Below are positions 54,159 to 64,000 of a stretch of DNA of 64,000 nucleotides, in pieces (position 1 is the first letter of the stretch; each line of letters starts with the position of its first letter). Under the pieces are notes generated by a model. The model had not been told where the DNA came from. It saw only the letters and a list, made by a program, of their open reading frames with translations, and did not search any database. A program made the translations under genes and the position numbers. Source of the stretch: Chloropicon primus (taxonomy: Eukaryota); NCBI GenBank assembly GCA_023205875.1, contig CP060755.1, positions 1,302,001 through 1,366,000 on the forward strand, written 5' to 3'.

Positions 54159-54184
54159 CCTAAAACCTAAACTTAACCCTAACC
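54159..54184 (+). promoter_or_regulatory. Degenerate telomere-like tract (telo-box candidate) upstream of RAB7
   Basis: CCTAAAA-CCTAAA-CTTAA-CCCTAA-C about 170 bp before the RAB7 ATG. Confidence 0.4.
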
Positions 54185-54350
54185 AAAAATAGAAAGAAAG
54201 AGAGCTGACGCAACAAAGAAGAGAGAGAGAGAGAGCTGACGGGGTGCAAACCGAGCGACATCGCGCACGACACACAGACACAAAGACAAGAGAGTGGGAG
54301 AGGAGGACCAGAAAGACCTATTGAGTGACTGAGTCGACTTCCTGGGAGCC

Positions 54351-55317
54351 ATGGCAGCACCTCGTAAGCGTACCTTGTTGAAAGTGATTATTTTGGGAGA
54401 CTCCGGGTAAGTTCGAAGCACTTGTCCTTCTTGCGTTCGTTCGTGCGTGCGTCCGTGCGTTTGTGGGCGGGGTCTCGGTTCTCGACCCGGGCGCTCGCTT
54501 TCCAGGCGAAGGGGATCGTCCACTCGGAGGGTCGTGGGGTCGTTCGTGCGTGCGACGGGATCTGTCCCGAGGGCGAGCGAGAGAGAGAGACAGAGAGAGA
54601 GAGACAGAGAGAGAGACCCACAGGCACCCAAACGGAACAGACGGCCAGAGCAGACGAAATAAACTAGTGTCGCGAGTGCGTGACTGACCCCTCCGCCGAT
54701 TCTTCTCCTCCAACTCCTGCGTTTCAACCTTACGCACGACCATCATCAGTGTCGGGAAGACTTCTTTGATGCATCAGTATGTGAGCAAGAAGTTCTCGAA
54801 CCAGTACAAGGCCACCATCGGAGCCGACTTCCTGACCAAGGAGGTTCAAGTGGAGGACCGCTTGGTCACTATGCAGATTTGGGATACTGCAGGGCAGGAG
54901 CGCTTCCAGAGCCTAGGCGTGGCCTTCTACAGGGGGGCAGACTGCTGCGTGCTGGTGTACGACGTGAACACGGCGAAGACGTTCGAGAACCTGGACAACT
55001 GGAGGGACGAGTTTCTGATACAGGCGAGTCCAAAGGACCCTGATAACTTCCCATTTGTTGTCTTGGGTAACAAGGTGGACGTGGACGGCGGAAGCAGCAG
55101 GGTCGTGTCGAAGAAGAAGGCAACCACCTGGTGCGCTTCCAAGGGAGACGTGCCATACTTTGAGACTTCGGCCAAGGAGGACATCAACATTGATGCCGCG
55201 TTCCAGTGCATCGCGAAGAACGCGCTGAAGAACGAGGTAGAAGAGGAGATTTACATTCCGGACACCATCGACGTCAACGCGAAGGCCAACGTGAGCAAGT
55301 CTTCCGGCTGCTGCTAG
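54351..55317 (+). CDS. RAB7: Rab7 (RabG) small GTPase, 2 exons
   Basis: [26 protein letters not shown] with intron 54407-54749; [33 protein letters not shown] and C-terminal CC. Confidence 0.97.
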
Positions 55318-55425
55318 GATATTTTTTTGCCAAACTTAAGATATACTTTCAAATGCTATTTTACCTGTACTTTCTTTACATTGCCTTGCCTTGTCCCCGC
55401 CAGGACGGAGAAGAAACGTAACGAC

Positions 55426-58400
55426 TCACAACCACTGGAACACGAGCGAAAAAGAGAACAACAAGGAAAAGGTCAGGAAATTATTTCAGACTACGACGAC
55501 GGCGGTGGCGGTGGCGGATGCACACTTACCGGTCCCCAGCCGCAATACAGCAAGCTGAGATTCTCTGGATCCTGGGCCTCTCGAAGAAGGTGCTGGACCT
55601 GGCCCTGAACGCTCTTCCTCTCCCCGTATTCGAGACCCTCGAGCTTCTCCTTGACTTTCATGATGGCCCTCTCCGCATCGGCGTTGCTGATGTTGCTGTC
55701 CTTGGAGGTGAACTCGAGCCCGCTGGAAAGGTTCTGCAAGTTCCCAAAGTCGTCGCTCTCGTCCATTTGGGCGAGCAGGTTCTTTACGGGCGAAAGCGCC
55801 CATTTGTACAGCGGGTCGTGGATGAACACCCCAACAATCGTCAAAATCAGATCTTTGTTTGCCCTCAAGACATCCATGACCTCCTCACTGCACCTTCGCA
55901 TCGTCCCTTCCACTCCAGAAACACCCATGCCGTCCACAACGTCCCTTGTGAGCCGGAAGGGAACCGTCTCGGGAATCTTCAAGACCCGGCCCTGCTCGAA
56001 GGCTATTCCGAGATCGATATGGATCACCTCTGCCGTGGTCGCATGAATGAGAATGTTGGAGGGGTGCCTGTCCCCCAGGCCAACTACGTACCCAACCATC
56101 GAGCTCGCAGCAATAGATCTTGTGTACGCAAGCCTCCTCTGGAACCACTCCGAGGTGTTTGGAAAGTGCTCCAAGAAAAAGTGGTGCATGACTGGCTGGA
56201 AGTTTTTGCAGATTCTCCCAAAGGTCTCTCTCTTCGCTGCAGGCCTTGAGTTCTGCTCCTTGTACAAGTAGCGGAGGCACTGGTTGTAAGTCCAATCCTG
56301 AGGTCGGAGCCTTCTGTGTGCCCCACTGCTTTTGCCTGACTCTCCAACCAGGTACTTCATCAGCGGGATAGAGTCCTGCACCCATTCCACGAGTCCAGCC
56401 GCGGGAGTCAGGGGGACGACATTGTATGTTTGAAGGCCAAGTTGTCTCTTCCGTGTCTTCGCGCACGCGCTCAGCAAGTGGTTCACCAGGTTAAAGAGCT
56501 GCTGCATAACAGCGTCCTGGCGCAAGTCGTCATTGCCAGACTTCGCGAGCTGCATGTGTTTCTTGCCATTGGAGTCTATCGCAGTGACAAGCTTTGGAGC
56601 GTTTATCCCTCCGACCAATTTTAGCTCAGGCTGAAAGCACGAGAAACATGCGAAATGCCCTGCCTGGTATTGGCAAGTCTCGTCCACATCAACCTTTGAG
56701 GTCAATATCGGAACATGCTCCAGATCCCTCAACTCTTTGACTGACCTGGGCATGTTGGGCACTACCGCCTCATCCTCGTTCTTGCTCACCGGAAGAACAG
56801 CAAGCTGGATGTAGGAGTCAACCATTCTCACGTACTGGTCAATCAGCTGTGAATTCTTTTTCCTCACTCTTTGCAGTATTGCCTTTGCGGCGAGCACCTT
56901 GGTCGTGTCCACAGCATAACCAGCATTGCTTTTACTGTCTCTTTCCGTGCCATCCTTTCCCCGCCCCGCGTTGCAGAAGGCAAACATGTGCGGCAGCGTG
57001 TGGTGGGGGTGATCAAAGCACATCTTCGTCAAAAGCTTGCTCACTAAAGACTCGAAAGAAACGGTTCCCCTCTTGCTTGGGCCAAGGCGTGACCCGATCT
57101 GATACATCAGGCACAGGAATTTGTGCGTAGGAACCTTATCGATGAGCTTCTCCATAGCGTATTGTATTTCGTCGCTATTTTCAAACCAAAGCTGACAGAT
57201 TCTGAAGACAACTTCATTGTCGTGGAGATTGGCCGTCACAAGCGTGGACTCGTAGTAGGACACACTCTGAGAAAGAAAAGAGTGCTTGTTTGTATCCATT
57301 GTCATAGCCACTTTCTGGTCCTCTTCATGGAAACGCGTCGCCATCGCTTTGTAGTGCAAAAACTCCTTGTCCGCCGAGGATCGCCCTGAGCCCTTCTTCT
57401 TGGTCGCTAGCAGCTCCAGCTGTTTATCGGTGTAAGCCAAAAGTCTCTGCCTTGCCTGCCACTGCGGCGAAGTCTGTTCTTTTAGGATTGCCCTGTACTG
57501 CCTGTCGCAGAACTGGGCCAAATTGAAGTAGGCGTTACAGAGCATGACACTCAAATCTTGTTGTTTCTCTTGAAGGTCATCATTCACACCGTCCATCGCG
57601 CGGATGCCCATCTGTGCGTTGGTACAAGCCGCGCTCAAGATCTTGCAAATTTCAGAGGGGCTTTCAGAACTAGACGAGGCCAGCCACTTACCCAGGAGGG
57701 AGCACGTGGTGGAGAATTGGATGTGCCTTACCATCCACTCCCTCTTGTCTCGGCCGTTCTTGAACTCCAGCGCATCGTACAGCTTTTTGCATTCGCTGAG
57801 AGCAATTCTCTCCAAGTCCTGGTCCCAAAGGTTCCTTAACTCCTCGAGCTTGACCTCGACCTCAAACTCGCTGTCTAATTTACATACTCTACACATCTGC
57901 TTCACGACGCCCATATTCGAAGTGCTTTGGGTAAGGTCGTTCGCCATTCTTGAAACCTGTGCTTCGTGCAAGCACGCTTTTTGGAGTCCTAATTTACATT
58001 CTAAAGCCGTGAGCACTGATGTGTACAGCTTGAAAAGTGGTTTCAGCAAAGCGTAATTGTCCACGAAGCTGCTCTGCTGGTAGCCTCCAAATTTGTTGCC
58101 CTTCAAAAAAGTTCCACCTTTGAAGTGATGCAAGCCTGCGTCACCCAGACTTGATACTTCCCCGGAGGAAGCAATCGCGTCAAATGACTTTGACAACAGA
58201 TTGACCATCTGCAGGGCAATGACTGATTGGTTTGCAGCCATTGTTGACTCAGACCCGTTCACGCGGAGACTGCTTATGATTGACTTGTACAGCAGGCTTT
58301 TGGAGGTCTGAAAGAAATCAGTGTCCTTCGCCTTCAGAGCATACACACAGTTGTAAATACTCTGGTTGAGTTCTGGACTCTCTGCCACGCTCAAATCCAT

Positions 58401-61400
58401 GACTGGAAGACTCCAATCGCACTGGTGCCAAGCTCTTTCGTACTGCTCCTCGGTGAGGGGTACTTTGGTCCCGCGGAGCTTCCCTCCAAAGGTATTTGCG
58501 AGATAGGAGCACCCCAGGCTTTTCATGCAACTCGTCATACCTGACTTGTAATCCTCAAGAGGCTCCGAATTCGTGCTCAAAAGGATGTCGTATGTTTGCA
58601 AGGCTTTGTCCCACTTTCCTTCGTGTTCAAAGATCCTCAACTGAGTCTCCAGATCCATGTTTGTCGCAAAGGCATACACGCTGTCCAATTCCCCCACACC
58701 TTTGAAGATGTCGATCAGCATGGTTTCAATCTTCTTCAGCGACTTCCGCTTTGCAGCATGATCCATATCCTTCCTTTTGCACCGTTCGAGATCATGAAAA
58801 GTTCCGTACTCCTGTTCATGCCACTGCTCAATGTACAAAAGCGCCGTGAAGTACTGGTTCCTCGAGAGCGCCAAGGTGGCCACATCAAGATAGTCTACAC
58901 GAAACCAGTAGCAGGAAGACCATTTTAGCTTGTCTTGCTGAGAGTGCTTCTGGTGAACAGAATACAAAGCACGAAGCCTTTCAAAGATGTCTAGAAAGAT
59001 GCCAGCAAGAGCATCGCAGGCATTTTTGTCATGAAAGACGTGCTCTTGTATCGCGCTCGCAAGTTGCTTGCAAATAACTGAATCAGACGCGTTGTGCAAA
59101 CTTATATCTTCAATCAGAAGAGGTAGAATGCTCCTGCCCACCTTTGGAGCACTGGCAATCAAGCTTTTGCAACTGCGCAACACTTCGTTCTTGCAAAATG
59201 GGAGAAGACCTCCTGCAATTCTGTGAACTCTTTCGTCGACTGTTGCCCTCCTAGACCAGGAATCTTCCATGGAGATGGTCTCGCTGTCCTTGAGCACCTG
59301 CTTACGCGGCTCATTTCTTCTTCCGGCAGCCCATGTGTATGATATGAACCTTCTCGCATCAATGGACATATGCTTCCACGCCAACCTCGCATATGAATTG
59401 TTCTCCAGCCGAATCAGACTCAGGAAACTTTCGTACTCAAGCACAGGGTCGGTGTGAGAAATCCAAGAGAAGAGCAAATTCATGGTTGCCAGAGATATCC
59501 TGACCCGGTGATACTCGCGATCAGTGACTGACAGGCTTTTTCCTCTGCTGACAGAAATTTTTCCAGCTAGCTTATTGATGTCCTCAGAAGGCGTACACAT
59601 CACTGAAGTCGACGCGCTAAACGGGCCCAGGAATTCAAGAACTTCTGTCAATGCCAACGTAGCTTTTGACGAGAGGTTCTCGTGATTCTTTATCAAATCC
59701 AAGCAATAGAATCTCAGCTTCGCCCCCCGCAGTTGATCGAAATATTCTGCATTCTTGATATCGGTACCGATACCGATATCGAGAACGTTGACGCATTCGG
59801 CACATCTGCTCACGACATCAGGCGGAAGAAGATTACTCTCCACCGAGTTCTTCCAAACGTACTCAATTCTTTGGTGCAGTTGTTGGTGAGGCTCATAATT
59901 GATCGAAATTGCCGAGGCAAAAAAGTCACTTTTCTCAAAGCATGTATCCTGCAACACATCTCGGCTACGATGCAGGATACATGCCGCAAGGTTCACCCCA
60001 GAGCATGCCGCAGCGTTCAAGGATTTCAAAATCCTCTCTACTACCCTCGACATTATCGAAAAGTCTGCGCTACTCTCTCTGGCTGCTTTAATTCTTTTTG
60101 AGCATACAGAGAACCTCGCCAGCGTGACGTAGAACTCAAACAGCATATCTTCCATGGCATGCTTCTTGGTGCACATTTCGATCCGAATCTCAAGAAGGCG
60201 TGCAAGAAGACTTAGGGGGACCTGCTGATCAATCCCAGGAGTCTCCAAGTTTTCTGTGCAGATTCCGATTGCATAATTGATGCCATTCTTCCAGCAGACT
60301 CCTAGCTCCTTCTGAAGCTCCGCAAGAATATGGAGGGAGTGGATACAGTTCTGTCTGTGATGAAAGTTTGTCGCGTCTATATGAAGTTTGAGCCTACGAA
60401 GTGCCAATGAGAAGACACCGTCGTGAAAGGACGCGCATTCCGTGCCGCTCCTAGAGAGGAGCGCAAAAATCATGTCTGATCCTTCTCCGGCTGTGACGTG
60501 GGGTTTGACAGATGGATCATCGGCGACACATTCAAGAACAGTGGAGAGTATGACAGCCATATTCTCAACTTCGCTCCAGTTTTCCGGGAGAGGATTCTCT
60601 TCCAGATACGTGAAAGTGTAGTCTCTCGCGCCTGTCTCACCCTCACCTCTTGCGTATTGGGCCATCAAGCGCAAGACTGAAGACCGCATCACTTTCTCGG
60701 GTTCCTTGCAATCCGCCGAGAGGCCGAGAGACTTGATGAGTCTGCCTTGATACTTCTCCTCCACACAACCTATTGAGAGGGAAGCAAAGAGATTCGTCGA
60801 TCCCTCGTCCCGCAGGAAGGTGGACGCAAAGTTCGTGAAGTCTTGAGACAGGAGGAGATCCGGTTTCAGATTAGCCACAATAGCGTTCTGGAAGAGCTTA
60901 AGGTGTCCCGAGAGGGTGTAGCCCAATCTCTTCGCGAGCTTCTCCAGGGCATCGACTGAGCACTTCAAGATCAGATTGTTGGAGAACTTGGATATCAGCA
61001 CTACGCAGATCACAACAGTCCCCAAACGCTCAACTTTCTTTGACTTCGAGACGAAAAAGGCCAGCGCAAACACAGACGCCAAAATCTCTTCCACGTCTTC
61101 CAGATTGCATTGAGAAGTCTCGATCAAGTCTTGGCACCCTGAGGGTAGACTCAAGTAACCACAAATTGTTCCGAAAACTTGAGCGTGGTCTTGCCACGAA
61201 TCAAAGAGGACACCGATCTGCTTTGCGGCTTCGAGCCTAACGAGGTAGCACTCATCCCTCAATAATATCAGGAGAATTTCATCCAAGCCTTCCTCATGGC
61301 ATTTCACGGCATCAGTTCTTATCAAGCTCTCCAGCATCATACCCAAGGAGATTCTCAACGAGGCCGTTGATTCATTCTCAAGCATCCACCTCTCGACCCC

Positions 61401-64000
61401 CTTTACAAAGTCAATCGCAGAGTCGTACATCAAAGAAGCTTGGTCTCTATCAGCGTTTCTGAACAAAGTCTGAAAGCTTTCAAGGACAAGACACTGTGTT
61501 GATATGTTCTTGCGCACTTCTTGAATTCTGCACAGAGACTTCAGAGGTTCTATCGGCACGTTCGGGAAGCGCAGTCCCACCGACCACATGGAGGACAAGA
61601 TCATTATTTCTGTCCGCAAATCGAAATCAAAGTTTTCCCTCATTTCACAAAGGCTCTTATACGCTGATTCGGGGCACACAGACCCGATCCTTTCCAAAGT
61701 GACCGTGAGCAACCGAATGCACTCCTGCGCGCCGAGGAGGAGACTGCTCACCCGCTTCGAGCCCGAATCATCAAAATCAAAATCGATGTCGAATTTCTCC
61801 TTGCTGCTCTTTGGACCTTGCTCTGGAATCTTGTAGTAAGGGTCGTACCATCCCAACATCTTCCTCGCAGCATCAGATATCACCAAAACCAGCTTGTTGT
61901 ACAGGTGCTCCAAATATTTTCTGGGCGGATCCAGAAAATTCAAGTCCCCAAGTACAAGGTTAAGTTCCTCAATGAATGCTTTCATCTTCAGACCGTTTGA
62001 TGAAGCCAGGACCTTTTCTACCGCACTTGGCAAGAGCTTGCACATGCGCTTGGCGCTTCTAATGATAGACTCTTCTACCTTGCTTCTCTCTTGTTCCTCA
62101 GCAGCACTGCTGTTGCTGAAGCTGCGGTTTTGCATGCACTTGGTATACTTCCCAACCTTGGCAAGCACACCACACCACACTATCAAATCTTCCGCGTCAC
62201 ACTGGGAAAGCTTCCTCGAGATGAGGTCGAAAACCTCCAAAGCCAAACCCGATAATCTCAAGCGGTGGCCCCACCTTAAGCAAGAGTCCTCCTCTTCTGT
62301 CGAGCCCCGGTGTTCGCAAAGGATGCCTCTCGCAAGATCGTATTCAATGGCAAAGGCGCTGGTGAGGCTCAATTCATCTGCCTCCTTGGAAGTGAGCCAC
62401 GAAATTGACAAAGCTCTGGAAAGCTTGCGCAAGTCCAGAATGCTTTTCGAGTCTGGCGAGGTGAGGAACGTCATAAAGATCAACCTCGCAAGCGTGAGAC
62501 CCCAGGCCCCTCCCGCTCGATAGGCACTTTGCTCTACTTTCGAGCTTGACCAAACCCCTTCGGCCAAACTCTTTAGACTTTCCTCGACGCTGACGTGCAC
62601 TTTTTTGTTGGGGAGGCACAAGCAGCTGCCCAAGAACATGAGCCAGGGTGCACTGCCCCTTTCCTCTGAAGATTTGCCGAGGAAGACTTCATCGACAGCA
62701 TGGCAGGGCACGTTTCCCAGGAGAGAGATGTTTGAAAGGACCATGAGGGTCTCACTTTTCATCGTGGTTTGCACTGACGAGCCATTCAGCCACTTGGTGA
62801 TTCTGCCGTAAACGCTGTTCCAAATCTCTCCAGGTGCCACCTTCTTGTGCTTTTTCAGAGAAGAACCAGGCTCCTCCCTTCGTCCACAGTCCCAGAAACA
62901 CATGGAGAGGTGATTCGCTAGCCTCGTCAGCCACAGAAGTCCAGCGTCAGATTTCCCAGGGAGGAGGAAGGAGCTCTCCGACTCAGCGAGTCTCGAATCT
63001 AGCGCAACCAGCCAGTCCATCAAGATTTCGTTCGGTATCCTGCCGGAGTGGGAGTGCAAGAGCATGCAGAGGACAGCCCCCCACTTTGCTGGGGAGGCCA
63101 TGGCCTCTCCCCACAGCTTCTCGTGCCACGAGACTAGCTTTTGCCTCTTGACGGGCCCCTGGTTTGCGGCGGGGGCCTTTGGATCCCGGAAGTCCAGGGT
63201 CAGCACGCTCCTCGCAACCAGTGCAGCGGTCCTGGTGTACTGCCTGGTCCCACAGAGCTCGGACAGGAACACGTCTGTCTGCGCGTTCTCCAGGTCCCTG
63301 GAGATGAAACACAGCAACTCGCTCAGGAGCGAGAAGTCGGTCCTTTGGGCGTTGTACAAAAGCTCCAACTCGATGAATTCGCATATTGCTATCCGGTACC
63401 CCCTATGCCTGCTTTTCTCCCACGTTCCCCTGATGAGCCTGTAAGGCAGCGCTGACAGAGTCTCGATCTTGCTGCACACGTCAAAGCTGTGCTTGAACAG
63501 AAAGGCGTTCAAGGCCCTGAAAATGGAGTGACCCACCTTTGAGTAATTGTCGACAAACTTGAAGGTGCTTGCGAAGAATTCGCACAGGTTCAGCCTCACG
63601 GTCTTGCACACGTCCCCAGGCAGGTTGACGAGCACGAGCCTGAGCGTGTCGATGTTGCGGTAGAACTCGTCCTTGTGTTTCGCGTAGTTCTCCTGGGACA
63701 GCCAGCGCGTGTACACGACCACGAGCTTCTGCTTCGTCACCGAGTCGACGTTGCCGCAGTAGTCGGCCTCCTGCAGCAGGTGTGACCGCAGTAGCTCGTT
63801 GAGCTCTTTTCCCGCGACAGAGGACAAGGTTTGCCTCTCTATCTCGACGACTGCCGTGGTGAAGAGCTTTTTGGACTTCCTCTGCAGCGGGTGCAGGAGT
63901 TTCGACCGTTTCGCGGAGTTTTCCGCTGCCTGGACGAAAGTCCTTAGAGACCTCGCGAAGATTAGGTCATCCTGGGTGCTCCTCTTCTTCCCTGCAGCCG
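55426..64000 (-). CDS. ATM: Serine/threonine-protein kinase ATM (PIKK family); 5' end beyond the window
   Basis: Frame open to the right edge; FAT region YFTALLYIEQW; kinase motifs GGINAPK, KSGNDDLRQDAVMQQLF, GLGDRHPSNIL, IDLGIAFEQG, PFRLTRD; FATC completed by a 9-nt last coding exon (55434-55426). Confidence 0.95.

Noticed and set aside
55491..55529. Poly-proline C-terminus of ATM shown in the ORF track
   Set aside because: Read-through of a canonical intron; splicing restores the FATC ending GWGPWL.

Overview
Gene-dense, GC-rich eukaryotic nuclear DNA from a green alga. The evidence is plastid-targeted STN8-like kinase, SBE1 and ATP synthase delta, GT-AG introns with CTGAC/CTAAC branch points, and TGTAA poly(A)-like signals. 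The compactness suggests a picoplanktonic chlorophyte such as Chloropicon, which is an inference and not verified. About 29 protein-coding genes can be modelled: STN8/STL1-like kinase, CCT1, LC8, PIG-H, DUF89 phosphatase, PRORP, EFG1, SBE1, NAA60-like, an LRR protein, GLDP, an IQ/WW protein, HRD1, DDX24, CFAP410, YIP1, a CID protein, GCN1, ATPD, a CREST-like membrane protein, CENP-C, a GH31, RAB7, ATM (running off the right edge) and several unknowns. I found no rRNA, tRNA, CRISPR array or transposon. Most notable: (1) a near-identical 1474-bp tandem duplication that leaves both parent genes intact and creates a chimeric ORF predicted to be a soluble, anchor-less version of a Tat-targeted thylakoid protein; (2) a PRORP gene with two in-frame starts (organellar versus NLS-bearing) separated by a frame-preserving intron; (3) a CREST-like membrane protein invisible to the ORF track; (4) a CEP164-type WW module at the C-terminus of an IQ protein, alongside other cilium-associated genes. 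I cannot support a claim of a wholly new multi-gene system.
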